Positions 37,608 through 50,689 are shown, counted from the first letter of the stretch. The stretch is DNA of 64,000 bases from Squalus acanthias (GCA_030390025.1 CM059432.1:27902001-27966000), one strand, 5' to 3'. Numbers and translations are program-made. Notes: generated by a model from the letters alone, not told the origin.

Positions 37608-39135
37608 TGTAACATCTGTGGTAGGTAAAATTTTGGAGTCCATTATTAAGGAAACAGTAACAGGACATTTGGATAATCATAATTTAATAGGACAAAGTCA
37701 GCATGGTTTTACGAAGGGGAAGTCATGTTTGACAAATTTGCTGGAGTTCTTTGAGGAAGTAACATATAGAGTGGATAAAGGGGAACCAGTGGACGTAGTG
37801 TATTTAGACTTCCAAAAGGCATTTGACAAGGTGCCACACAAAAGATTATTGCTTAAGGTAAAAAATCACGGGATTGGGGGTAATATTCTGGCATGGATAG
37901 AGGATTGGCTATCTAACAGAAAGCAAAGAGTTGGGATAAATGGTTCATTCTCAGACTGGCAATCAGTAACTAGTGGTGTTCCACAGGGGTCAGTGCTGGG
38001 TCCCCAACTCTTTACAATCTATATTAACGATTTGGAGGAAGGGACCAAGTGTAACATATCAAAATTTGCAGATGATACTAAGATGGGAGGGAAAGTAGTG
38101 AGTGAGGAGGACATAAAAAACCTGCAAGGGGACATAGACAGGCTAAGTAAGTGGGCAGAGATTTGGCAGATGGAATACAACACTGGAAAGTGTGAGGTGA
38201 TGCACTTTGGCAGGAAAAATCCTAGAGCAATTTATTATCTTAATGGCAAGAAACTGGAGAGTACTGAAGTGCAAAGGGATCTGGGGGTCCTGGTGCACGA
38301 AACTCAAAAGGTTAGTATGCAGGTGCAGCAAGTGATTAAGAAGGCAAATGGAATGTTGGCTTTCATTGCTAGGGGGATAGAATATAAAAATAGGGAGGTA
38401 TTGCTTCAGTTGTACAAGGTATTGGTGAGACCGCACCTGGAATACTGCATACAGTTTTGGTGTCCTTACTTAAGGAAAGACATCCTTGCTCTCGAGGCAG
38501 TGCAAAAAAGGTTCACTCGGTTAATCCCGGGGATGAGGGGGTGGTCATATGAGGAGAGGTTGGGTAGATTGGGACTCTACTCATTGGAGTTCAGAAGAAT
38601 GAGAGGCGATCTTATTGAAACATATAAGATTGTGAAGGGGTTGGATCGGGTGGATGCGGGGAGGATGTTCCCGATGACGGGTGAGACGAGAACTAGGGGA
38701 CATAGTCTTAGAATAAGGGGCTGCTCTTTCAAAACTGAGATGAGGAGGAACTACTTCACTCAGAGGGTGGTAGGTCCATGGAATATGCTGCCACAAAAAG
38801 CTGTAGAAGCTACAACATTAATTAAATTTAAAACAGAAATAGACAGTTTCCTAGAAGTAAAGGGCATTAAGGGTTACGGGGAGCGGGCAGGAATTTGGAC
38901 ATGAGTCTAGGTTCGGATCGGTCATGGCCCTGTGGGTAGTGGAGCGGGCCCAGGGACTGTGTAGCCTGATTCTGCTCCTATTTTGTGTGTGCAATTCTGT
39001 TAGATGCAGGAGATGGTTCTGTGATAGATAGTAGATTGGCGGTTAGGATCAGATCAGCCATGATCTTATTGAATGGCGGAGCAGGCTCGAGGGGCCGATT
39101 GGCCTACTCCTGCTCCTATTTCTTATGTTCTTATG
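37608..39135 (+). mobile_element. Young 5'-truncated CR1 LINE with an uninterrupted RT-to-C-terminus frame (stop at 38904)
   Basis: [32 protein letters not shown] and KFADD all lie in one open frame. The 3'UTR has a ttcttatg tail. The first ~60 aa of ORF 37426 are flanking DNA. Confidence 0.95.
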
Positions 39136-41080
39136 TCTGCCTACAGATGAGGGTGGGCAGTATTAGCGGGTGGGCACAGAGTACCTTTCACACAGTCTAA
39201 CCTGCCTGTCATGTCTCATTGGTCCTCCTTTCTTTCTTCTAAGCATCTCAGACAAGGGGCTTCCCATTGGGAAATCCGCTGGTACTGGCAATGATGCCGA
39301 GAGCAAAAGAAAAATAACTTACAAAAAAGGTTTATGAGAACTTAAGTGCCACTAAGGAAAACAAAACCAAACAAAACAAAAATGACTGTTAAAAAGTGGG
39401 AAAATACACATTCCATCACATTACTGTTTCCTTTCCATATACTTACTGCTGCCTAGTAACCCTGGACGCCTATTTCACATGAGCGTGATTTACGTGCGCT
39501 GTCCTGCACACCAGGATGCCAGAAAGTCTCACTCCCAAATGAATCTTTAAATAGGTCCCCATCTGTTTGAGGCAGATGCACACCCCACCTCCCACATCAG
39601 TAATGGCAGTGGAAACAGGTTGGACTGGAACAGAACTCTGATCCATTTTCCCATATTAGTTCCCCGCCCCCCCCCCCCATTTTACACTGATAAAACGAGC
39701 AGTCTGGATCGGAAAATCTAGTTTTCACTGTCAAGATTTATGCATGGATAATGGTCACTTGGCCAAGCTGCCAGAGATTAACCGGAATCTCCATTGGGAG
39801 AAGCGATCGGGAGTGAGTGGCCGATCAGGGGGGGGGGGAGGTGATCAGGAGCGGGCTGAGCGGGAGCTGGCAACTGTCTTCGGCACTGCAGTGGAGTCAG
39901 GTAAGTAATTTTTAACAAATTTACCTTTTAGGTGGCAGCCTCCAGTGGTCCCTTTAAGGACTGCTGGTTAGGCTGAATGTAGACCACGTTTTGCTGAACG
40001 CAGCCGGTCCAGCACTGGCTCCGTTCAGGGCAGGCCGATTATGCAAAGAGAGCCTCAAAGAGGTGTTAGGCCCCTTATTTGCATACGCCTGTTTCAGGCG
40101 TGGCGCCTGGATGCCTCTTATTCTGCCTTTACCAATATGGTGGGTGGCACACTTACAGCGCAAAGTGTGCATGCATACGCCGCCCGCTATATTGGGTGCT
40201 TTGGCACCTGCTTTACGCCTGTAAAATGGCCACAACATCAACTAATTTCCAGGCCCCAGTTTCCTCAAATACTCAATGTAAGAACATAAGAAAGTATGGA
40301 ATGACGTACGAGCCATCTGACCTATCAAACCCAGTCCTTCCACAGAGCATGTACTATCTATTATCCTCCACTCCACCCCTCTCAGTTCATCTTCTGTATA
40401 AATATTCTTTGATCCCAAGGTAATAAAGCAAAACTACAGAATATTCATCATTGTCACAACTTCACAATCAAACCCTGTTCTGCTGACTACCTTAGATATA
40501 ATTTCCCCTAACTTCAGCAACAAAGGATGATCAGGTCTCATAGAGTATTTGATCATCTCAGTCTGTACCTGTTCCTTTTACTGGATATGTTCCTGATGTC
40601 TGTTCTAAATTTGCAAGTTATAATTCAACCAATCCCTTCACAACTAATTCTGTTCCCAATCAGCTATTTATCCAGGTCCTTTGTGAAGGGTTAATTGACT
40701 CAGCATCAACTGCAAGAGACTTGGGGGGAAAAATTTGGTATCGCCCATTTTGGGGCGCTAATATCAGCCGGGCGCAAATTTTAGCGCCCGGCGCTAAGTA
40801 TTGCCGCTGACCGCGAAATTCGTCTCCAGCGCCCCTGGAGGTGATTGGAGCGCGAAATCAAGTGCTACACACCTCTCTTAGGGCGCTAATGTCGGGGAGC
40901 GAGGCACTACCTCAGAGCGCTACTGAAGCTCGGGCGATGTCAAATACCTTGTACTCAGACAGACTGGCACCGTCCAGGTATTAAAGGGGAGGGTCCATCT
41001 TGCTGCACAGCCACACCCTGCTCATTGTAGCATTTGACCTCGGCCTGCAAGCAGTTAAATATCTTAATCCAAGATTTCTG

Positions 41081-44000
41081 ATGGATACTCAGAGGCCCAG
41101 GGAGATAGCTCGCCGCTTTAGCGACCAGGCATTAGTGGCTCTGGTTGGCGCTGTGGAACGCCGACGGGCAGTGCTGTTTCCAGAGACTGGCAGGAGGCCA
41201 CTGCCCCGGGAGTTCACAAGAGTCTGGAGGGAGGTAGCCCAGCATGGGTCATCATGGAGTCTGGTCGAAAGGACGCATACACAGTGTCGTAAGAAGTTCA
41301 ACGACCTCACTCGGGTGGTCAGGGTGAGTACTAGCTTGAAAAACCTCTACATCCCACCATCTCAACCTCACTCTGTGCACTGACGGTGCAAATAGTCAAA
41401 TGCTCAACACTCACCCAACAACTATGCTCATCTAATTAAAGTCACATGCACATCCCACACCTTGCACACATTAACGGCTATTTAACTATAGTAGGCACAT
41501 CTGCCAAACACATGGCTGCACACTCACTCACACACTGTCCTTTTTCTTGCAGGCCAAGCTTTCACATAATCAGAGGGATTAACAATGGACGGGAGGAGTT
41601 CAGGCGGAGCTGCACCCCCTCACACAGCTGGAGGAGCGAGTTCACAGACTAAACGTGGGCCATGTCGTGGGCGCCGTTGCAGTTGGAGAGGTCGACCCCC
41701 TTGGGGACAGCAATGGTAAGTTCATCAGCTTTCTCTCCTCTCTCATACCACTTCCCCCTCACAACACCAGCCTTTTACACTTTCAATCTAACTAACTGTC
41801 TCCAGTCCTTGCTCCCTTCCTGCCCCCCCTGCCCTCATGCTAAAGCCACTCTTGTACCTTCCTGCTTTCAGATACTGAACCACCAGCTGACCAGCCTGTC
41901 CCTCAGCCTCCCAGTGACAGCAACGCGGCAGAGGAGGAGGAAGACGAAGCCGGAGCCTCTCCGCCTGCGTCTCCCGAGGGCGACACTTCCGACACTGGGG
42001 CCACGCGTTCACTGGAGGGGAGCAGGGCTTTGGATCTGATGTGGGTGAAGCTCCGGGACCCAGCGGGCTGCAGCAACGCCATTGGGGAAGGGAAGCTTGG
42101 GGGCCATCTCCCTGGAGGGTGAGTGGGCGCACGAGTTCTGCTGCATAGGACTTGGATGAGGACCTCGATATAGTGGCGATGAATACTCAGGCTGTGAGCA
42201 TGCATACGGAGCTCATGGGTGCAATGGCAAGGGTGCCCGACAGCATGGATGCACTGGCTAGGAGCGTGGAGGACTGCGCTGCCAGCACAGCTGTCATCTG
42301 TGTGCAAACCCTTGAACCCATCCTTGTCTTGTTGCAGAGGATGGTTGAATTTCAGGGAGACCGTGGGGACCCAAAGCCCATGCCGCATGTAATAGATCAG
42401 GTGGCAGGATCTATTGCAGCACAGGCTGACACAACGCAACAGCTTAGTGCTGCAATCGAGTCTTTGGCTGGTGCCATCCAATGTCAGACTGCTCTGATGC
42501 CGTCTCAGATTGATGTCACGCAAGCGCTGACTGCTGCCATCGTCGCTGGGTCGCCCACAGTCCACCGAGGATCTGAAGGTGTCGCAGCAGGTCAGCAATC
42601 TGTGCACGAGCAGACTTTAATTACCCAAATATCGACTGGGATAATGCTAGGGTAAAGGGAAAGGAGAAGGGAATAATTTCTGAAATGTGTTCAGGAGAAT
42701 TTCCTTGACCATTATGTTCTTGATCCAACTAGGAAGGAGGCATTGCTGGATCTGGTGCTGGGGAATGAGGTGGGCCAGGTCGACCAAGTGTCTGTGAGAG
42801 AACACTTGGGTACGAGTGATCATCGGATCATAAGATTTAGATTAGCAATGGAGAGGAGCAAGGAACAATGTAGAGTGGAACTTTTAAACTGGAATAGGGC
42901 TAACTTCAATGGGATGCGAAGGGATCTAGCCAGGGTAAAATGGAACCAAAGACTGACAGGAAAAACTGTAACGAAACAATGAGTGATCTTTAAGGAGGAG
43001 ATGTTACAATACAGGCTAGGTACATTCCAACAAGAGGGAAGGGTAAGGGAATCAAAGCAAGACTACTTGGATGACGAGGGAGATAGAGAAGATGATGAAA
43101 CAAAAAAAGAGGGTGTATGATGCATGTCAGGTGAATTCTTCAAGGGAGAACCAGACCAAATACAATAAGTTGAGAGGGGAAGTGAAGATGAAAATAAGAT
43201 TGGCAAAGAGAGAATATGAGAGTAGAATGGCGGTTAACATAAAAGGGAACCCAAAAATCTTCTACCGGCATGTAAACAGTAAGCGGGTAGTAAGAGGCGG
43301 GGTGGGGTCTATTAGCGACACAGAAAGTGTTATATGCTTAGAGGCGCAGGGCAAGGCTAGAATACTGAATGAGTACTTTGTATCGGTGTTTACTAAGGAG
43401 GTGGATGCTGACAAAATATCAATAGCAGTGGAAAAGGTAGAAGCAATGGAAGGGGTGAAAATTGATAGACAGGATGTAGGAGAAAGGCTGGGTATGCTTA
43501 GAGTGGATAAGTCGCCTGGTCCAGATGGCTTGCATCCCAGATTGCTAAGGGAATTGGGGGAGGAGATAGCGGAAGGGCTTGCCATAATTTTCCAATCTTC
43601 CCTAGATGCGGGGGAGGTGCCTGAGGTATGGAAAGTGGCAAATGTGACACCATTGTTCAAGAAAGGGTGTAAGGACAATCCTAGCAACTACAGCCCGGTC
43701 AGTTTAACATCAGTGGTGGCTAAAGTTTTAGAAACAATAATCAAGGAAAAAATTAATGGGCACTTGGAGAGGTTTAAGCTAATTAAGGAGAGCCAACACG
43801 GATTTGTAAAAGGCAGATCATGTTTGACGAATCTAATTGAATTTTTTGATGAAGTAACAGGGAGGATCGATGAAGGGAATGCAATGGATGTTGTCTACAT
43901 GGATTTTAGGAAGGCGTTTGACAAAATACCACATAGAAGGCTGGTTAACAAAATTGAGGCTCACGGAATAGGTGGGTTAGTGGCAGCTTGGATAAGGAAT

Positions 44001-45453
44001 TGGCTTAAGGACAGAAATCAGCGAGTTGTGGTAAATGGGCTGTTTTTCAGACTGGAGGATAGTAGACAGTGGTGTTCCCCAAGGGTCAGTGCTGGGGCTA
44101 CTGGTTTTTTGATATATATAAATGACCTGGATATTGGAATACAAAGTAGAATTTCTAAATTTGCCAATGACACCAAACTTGGGGGTGTGGCAGTGAGGAT
44201 GATACCAATCGACTGCAACAGGACATAGAAAGGCTAGCAGAATGGGCAGGCAAGTGGCAGATGGAATTTAATACAGAGAAGTGTGAAGTGATGCATTTTG
44301 GCAGAAGGAACAGGGAGAGGCAATATACTCTTAATGGCACAGTTTTAAAGAGTGTGCAGGGAGAGAGGGACCTGGGAGTTAATGAGCAAAGGTCCCTGAA
44401 GGTGGCAGGACATATTGAGAGAGTGGTTAGCAAAGCATATGGGATCTTGGGTTTCATAAATAGAGGTATTGAGTACAAAAGTAGAGAAGTTATGCTGAAC
44501 CTTTATAAAGTGCTGGTTAGGCCACAACTGGAGTATTGCGTCCATGTTCTGGTCACCACACTTTAGGAAGGATGTGAAGGCCCCTGAGAGGGTGCAGAGG
44601 AGATTTACCAGAATGGTTCCGAGGATGGGGGATCTTAGCTACAAGGACAGGTTGGAGAAGCTGGATTTGTTTTCATTAGAGCAAAGGAGGTTGAGGGGTG
44701 ATTTGATAGAGGTGTACAAGATTATGATGGGTTTGGATAGGCTAGACGGGGAAAGGCTGTTCCCACTAGTTGATGGTACAAGGACTAGGGGACACAGATT
44801 TAAGGTTTTGGGCAAGAGATATAGGGGGGATGTGAAGAAAATCTTTTTTACACAGCGAGTGGTGAGGACCTGGAACTCGCTGCCGACGGAAGTGGTGGAA
44901 GCGGAAACACTCAATGTTTTGAAGAGGAGACTGGATAGGCACTTGAGGGAAATAAACTTGCAGGGCTACGGGGATAGAGCGGGGTAATGGGACTGACTGG
45001 ATTGCTCAACAGAGAGCCGGCACGGACTCGATGGGCCGAATGGCCTCCTTCTGTGCTGTTATGACTCTATGACTATGACTCTATGACTATGACTACTGCC
45101 CCGGGGGAGTGGCAATGTGTCAGTCGAGTAGGAAGGTGCTGTTCTCTCTCAGGGTGACTGCATTCCTGCTGTCACCACTGCCACTCTGCCATTGCACTTG
45201 CCACAGCCTGTAACACAGCCAGCCCAGACTGCTGCCGCCCATGCAGAGTTGGTGCAGTCTGCAGTCGGGCCCTCCAGGCCCAGAGCTAGGTCGAGGGAGT
45301 CCTTCAAGGCCATCTGCAGTCTCTGGATCCAACATTCCGCAGCCTTCTGCCAGCCTTGCTGCAGCCACCGGGGCCACATTACGGAGGAGCAGTAGGGTGG
45401 GAAGGGGAGAAGTGTGCAGGGGATGGAGATCACCCTCGAAGGGCGAAAAGTAA
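41081..45453 (+). pseudogene. Harbinger Myb/SANT gene, exons 41081-41323, 41553-41715, 41872-45453, disrupted by stops, a frameshift and a CR1 insertion
   Basis: MDTQRPREIARRFSDQALVALVGAVERRRAVLFP..W..RTHTQCRKKFNDL. Same splice positions as copy A. TAA in exon 2. Confidence 0.85.
42614..45094 (+). mobile_element. 5'-truncated CR1 LINE inserted in Harbinger Myb exon 3
   Basis: APE C-terminus plus RT motifs with frameshifts, and a (ctatgact) tail at 45060-45094. Nearly identical to 3640-5707. Confidence 0.95.
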
Positions 45454-45760
45454 AAATTATCCAATAAATGGGGGAATGTTTGTGGCAAAGTTTCATGTTC
45501 ATGTTAATATATTGTTCACTCTGTTTACGCTTATCTCGATGTGATAAGAACCAGTTTTGTTAGTTCATGAATTGTTGTGTTTTTTTGTTATCGGTTGCGC
45601 TGAATAATTAAGATGCAGTTTGTCAGATAAATACATTTTTTTATTGGATCTTCACAACTTTGCTCATTTGACTCATTGGAGCTTTGCCCGGCAATAGGGG
45701 CTGTGGGATGCTTGCGATGATGCGCTTGTTCATCCCAAAAGCCATATTCACTGTCATTCA

Positions 45761-47012
45761 TCATAAGCGGTGTCTTATCAGGCGTTCACGAACAGCCCTT
45801 GCAGAGGCAACATTGAGCGCCTCCCTCCCACGTTGCTGCTGCTCATCCTCCTCTTCATCCTCCTCCTCCTTTCCCTCCTCCTCCTGAGGTGGTGCACCAA
45901 TCCCTGGTGGCAATGGCTGTGTCCTCAGAATTGCGAGGTTGTGAAGCATGCAGCACGCAACAATGAAAAGCGATACTTGCTCGGGAGAGTACTGCAGGGC
46001 TCCTGCAGAGTGGTCAAGACACTGGAACCGTTGCTTCAAGATGCCGATCGTCTGCTCAATGAGGTTCCTGGTGGCGCTATGGCTCTCATTGTATGTGAGC
46101 TCAGCAGGAGTGTTGGGGTTACCGAGCAGTGTCATCAGCCAGGTGCAGAGTGGATAACCCTTGTCCCCGAGGAGCCAGCCACGAGGTTGATGCGGTGGTT
46201 GGAAGAAGTCTGGGACACCAGTCTGGCGCAGGATGAAAGCATCGTGGCTGCTGCCAGGATATCGGGAATTGACGGCGAGGATGCGCTGTCTGTGGTCGCA
46301 CACCAACTGGACGTTCAGAGAGTGGAAGCCATTGCGGTTGCGGAAAACCTCTGCATTTTCATGAGGTGCCCGCAATACCACGTGCGTGCAGTCATTGGCA
46401 TCCTGAACCATGGGGACTTACAGAGACTGTAGGTCCCGCATTGGACTCATCAGTCACCTGAGAACTCATTTTTAATGTGGAAGCAAGTCATCCTCGGTTC
46501 CGAGGGACTGCCTAAGAAGAAGAAGAAGAAGAACCATGGGAAGCCCGCTATTCCAGCGAAGCTACATTTGCATTCACGCTGTTTGTCCCGGGTCATAGGA
46601 AAGAGATGTACTGCCTTCTCGTTTTGTACAGAGCATTTGTCACCTCCCAGATGTAGCAATGGACAGCGAACTAGGAGATATTCGCTATGTCCCCAGTTGA
46701 AGCCTGGAAGGAGCTGCTGGCATAGAAATTCAGAGCCACCATCACCTTCACTGCCACCGACAGAGACATCCTGGTCCTGAGCTGAGGCTGCAGATCTGGT
46801 TGCAGGAGGTGGCAGAGCTCAGTGACCACCTCCTTGCTGAAGCGCAGCCTTCTGAAACATTGCTCCCTGAATACCCTGGGAGGGTAAGGTCTCCTGTGCA
46901 GAGCCCTGTTGGCCCTCCTCCCTCTGGCCACGTTTGCCACTCTCTCTCTGCACCTCTGCTGCCTCCGAAGGTGAAGCTGGAGGGCGACGCCCCGAGTTAC
47001 TACTGCCCCCAT
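45761..47012 (-). pseudogene. Harbinger transposase, disrupted
   Basis: NDCTH, FHSLNVQLVCD, YPGSSHDAFIL, LLGDKGYP, KQRF, CCMLHNLA. Interrupted by an insertion at 46415-46530 and by small indels. Confidence 0.9.
46415..46530 (+). mobile_element. 116-bp 3' end of a non-LTR retroelement (RTE-like) with an (AAG)n tail
   Basis: 10-bp TSD GAACCATGGG (46405-46414, 46531-46540). Ends gtcatcctcggttccgagggactgcct(aag)n. The RTE assignment rests on resemblance of the 3' end only. Confidence 0.75.
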
Positions 47013-47752
47013 CTAATCTTGTAAATGTGGTAAATATAAAGCTCAGTGAAATAGAAACCTGAAAATTGTTGCTCAGGAACAAAACTCCTTGTAGGACAGC
47101 GTTAAATGTCTCCAGACATCTCTCTCCCTCTCTCAACCAGCCTGTGGCAAATATTTTGCCGACAGGAAAAAGCAGGAAGTGCACGCCTTTATATAGCTCT
47201 CCCCCAGCTCCTTGCCGACTGCAAAACGTCCCCCTCTACCTGTCGTTCCTAGCGGCAGGCGCTAAGGCAGGGGGGCGAGGATCAATTTCCGGTCCGCGAC
47301 GCTACCGGGGCGTTGCACGCTTGGATGACGTCATGATCTCCTGGGCGCAGGAGATCGTGGTGGTAGTGTTTAGCGCCACCGCAAAGCGCCAGGTCAATTT
47401 TGCGGGCAGCGCTAAAATCGCCACACTCGGGTGGTAAATCGTTAGCGGCCCGTTAGCGTCCCCCCGGAGGTGCTGACGGGAGGCGCTAACCAACCCAATT
47501 TTTCCCCCTTGAAGCATAAAAACAGTGCAATTGTGTATTTCAGATCTTTATTATATTCTGCTCAACAACTGACTACAAGGATAAAAGGGAAACAATAAAT
47601 TCAGGCGCTTTCTGTGAGTGATTTCATACAAACAGTGGAAACAATAAATCCTCTATTCCAATAGTTGCTATGGTGATGTCACCCTGAAAGGTTACCCTGC
47701 TTTTTCTATCTTTTATTGAACAAAAGATGTTGAAACAGTAAAAAAACACAGC

Positions 47753-48758
47753 GGGGTAGATTCCTATTTTTAGCACCTAGGCATAAAGCATTACTTGGGC
47801 ACAGCATGAAGAGGGGCATTAGCTGTGGAAAGCCACATGCTATCAATGCAGTGTTCTGCAATATATTAGCCACTAGCTGCATGAGGCTAATTGGGAATCC
47901 AGATGTGGCTAATTGCATTTTTGATTAGTAAATTAGAAATGAATAATCGGCACAGTGGTTGGACATGTGATCTCAATACCCCTATTTGCACGGCGTACAC
48001 ATGTGTACTTTTATCTTTTTGTGTGTGTGTTGATAAAATTCTCAGACGAAAAGCAGAGTGTGCAAGTGTTTTTTGATCATTGTGTGTGCTTTACGTTCTT
48101 GGTTGATGCTTATTGGATATCTGCTAAAATGGTGCATAACACGGGTGCAAACTTCAGCACCATGGAAACACCAGCCACCGTGTATGGAGAGGGAAGCTGT
48201 GAGCGCGACCAATCGGAATAACCGGTCCAGGCCAACGGGGAAAAGAAAACCCAACCAATAATAAGCAGCTCCAATAGGGAACGTCATGGCAAAGGGCAAG
48301 CAGCACCCAACCACGAGCAGGGACGGGTCTGGCGAGTCTTGTTGTGCAATCACTTGCAACTGTTGGACAAAAACTTAGAAGCTGCACTAAGATGCGCTGT
48401 GTCTGATGAATTCATGTCAGAAATCCAAACTTTGGTGAAAGAGAAAAACTGCAAAGTTTCACATTGAATGGTGGTAGATATTTGTTAAATAAATATACAC
48501 TTGATGTACATTTACCTGTATTGTGTGTGAGGCATTTTCGACGAAAATCAGTGCATGCGGCTAAAACAGTGTCACCGTAGCCACACCAGTGGTCACAAGT
48601 CAGTGATTTCTATTGGACAACACTGTCTTACTGGAGCCCAGCCATAAATTAACGGAAGGCTCGACTTTGCATGTGCGATCCTTTCTTCCCAATTTGATCT
48701 TAGTGCTGCCCTAAGGCAATGCTTTTCTGCCCAGGTGCTGAAGTTGGAAGTCTGCCCC
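47753..48758. mobile_element. Old Harbinger-like non-autonomous element
   Basis: Imperfect TIR ggggtagattcc / gaagtctgcccc. The interior is degenerate. Confidence 0.4.
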
Positions 48759-49050
48759 GGTGAGTACAATAAACGGAAAACCTGGTGCCTTCCTATAAAA
48801 AATGAATTTTATTTCCACCCATGAGGTGATTGTAATCAACTTGTAACTGACACTATTTGAGAGGCAGACTCCAGCGTGGAAACACAAATCATGTTTTTAT
48901 AGAGAGCCATCCGGCACCCCCTATTGATACTGAGTTTTGTCACTCGTTGGGAATATTCACCACGTAAATGTCTGCAGTATCTTGGAGACAATTCTTATCT
49001 CAATGTCTATCGTGCAGCTGTAATCGAAATGGGAAACCAAAACCAATGAA

Positions 49051-49171
49051 GGCTGATTTTAACTTTTAGCGTTGGAGGAAACACCATTGAATGGAAAGGG
49101 AAATTGGGCGGAGTGGGCCGACCGATCTGCTACCACCTGATTTCAACAATCACAAAAAGTTAAAATCAGCC
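49051..49171. mobile_element. Short MITE
   Basis: 17-bp TIR ggctgattttaactttt / aaaagttaaaatcagcc. Confidence 0.65.
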
Positions 49172-49880
49172 CTGTGCAGTCTCACTGGCCCAGTCTATTT
49201 TTGAGGATTTTTTGGCCAAGTAAGTGAATAACTAAACATGTGATATTAGAGTATGAATATGTAATGTGTTTTTATGACATTAGCGTTCTGTGATTTTAAC
49301 AGACACATGGACTGAAAATGGGCCAATGTCTCTATAAACAGCAGATAGAGTACCTCCAGACCATTGCACTAAGCATCGTACGCTAATGTCGCACGGAAAA
49401 ATATAAGGCTTAAATCTTCTCCCTATATGTGAAAGATTGCTACTAGTCCCAGCTCCCACATAATTAATCCGCAGCTGACAATTTCTGTGATGTTTCGCAA
49501 TGTAAAACCGTGGAATATTTCTTAATCCCAGAGTTTTCTCTGATATCTACCATCTCCATGAAGTCAGGAAGCTTGGTATTTTCTGCTTGCAAGACGTGAC
49601 AATTAGCTGCTTTCCACGATCACCAGATAAGCAGGAGAGTCTGTTCTTATCTGTTTACAGTCTTTTATTCGCTCGTTTTCAGAAACTATCAATTGAACTG
49701 CGAATAAACTTTAGACATCTGCCCCGTCGCACCACGCAATCTGAAGAATTAATAAGCCAGTTACTGAGTAGGCTCATCAACGGTGAATCTGTTCACCTGG
49801 TGACTTTATGTAAATGAGGTCAGTGCTGATACTGAGACAAAGGAACCACACAGTAACCACAATTTTTTAATGTCGATTGT

Positions 49881-49886
49881 TTTATT
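49881..49886 (-). promoter_or_regulatory. Probable TG polyadenylation signal
   Basis: AATAAA on the minus strand ~100 nt after the stop, followed by a GT-rich stretch (ttgtggttactgtgtgg). A second AATAAA overlaps the stop codon. Confidence 0.6.
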
Positions 49887-49984
49887 TCACTATTTTCTAT
49901 TCTCTCTTCTGCAAGTTATGCTAACATTTTTAACATAAATCAGAATTAATGTTTGAAATCTTCTACGATGGAGGCATTTCCATT

Positions 49985-50088
49985 TTATTTATAAGTTTCC
50001 TTCGCCTGTTGCGGTTGTCTTTGTGTGACTGGTGAATGGAGCACGGGTCCACGTTGATCTCTGCTCAGCTTGTTCTCTGTGACGTTGC
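49985..50088 (-). CDS. TG: Thyroglobulin last coding exon (C-terminal tail with terminal Tyr)
   Basis: atatttcag|GC AAC GTC... is phase-compatible with the upstream exon. Reads (G)NVTENKLSRDQRGPVLHSPVTQRQPQQAKETYK* with TAA at 49987-49985. The C-terminal Tyr and a downstream AATAAA fit a TG terminal exon. Confidence 0.8.
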
Positions 50089-50480
50089 CTGAAATATAAC
50101 ATATAGATTAAAGTTGCAGGGCACAATGCAGCTACTTTCGTAACAGACTTCAGTTAATGGTTTAAATGTGAACAAAGTTTGGATTGGATATGAATGGTAA
50201 TACTCACTGACCACTTACAGTGATCTAACGCACAGGTGAAAATAAAAACCAGAACACGTGAAAAAACTAGACATACACATGCTCATTTGTACACACATGC
50301 ACACACCTGCCTGTATATCAACAGTTCACTGCTCTCAAATAGTATCTCACTATGTAAAGATTCTTTGACATGTCTTGACAATGTAAGGTGCCATATAAAT
50401 CCAAGCTTTTCTTTCTTTCACACACATACACCCTTACACATACAGTGAAAATCAAACAATGGGTGCAATATTATATACAC

Positions 50481-50689
50481 TGATGTAAAAAAACTACTAG
50501 GCACTTGGTCTAAGCGTTAAACAAAGCTTTAATCAACTGTTATCCAACATGGAGATCCAGTTGTGTCCTTCACTAGTTCCTGTTGAGGAATGTCCTAAGC
50601 AAGCTGGGCCCATGCCAGAGTATTTATACTCTCCCTGGACAGTGCCACCAGCAGGCCGCCCAGTATTACTTCATACAAGATTCATGTCA
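50481..50689 (-). mobile_element. Solo LTR, 209 bp, in the last TG intron
   Basis: tgatgta...catgtca termini and a perfect 5-bp TSD TACAC. Homologous to 20852-21086. Confidence 0.85.

Larger units (their letters stand above)
40724..47508. mobile_element. Full-length PIF/Harbinger DNA transposon (copy B, opposite orientation to copy A) with nested CR1 and RTE-like insertions
   Basis: Perfect TIR gggggaaaaatt / aatttttccccc and TSD TTG. Myb (+) and transposase (-) genes are homologous to copy A. Confidence 0.93.

Noticed and set aside
45770..46432. Long antisense ORFs over transposase, Myb and CR1 sequences (e.g. 220 aa here, 173 aa at 4596-5117)
   Set aside because: These are shadow frames of GC-rich coding sequence, with no recognisable motifs.
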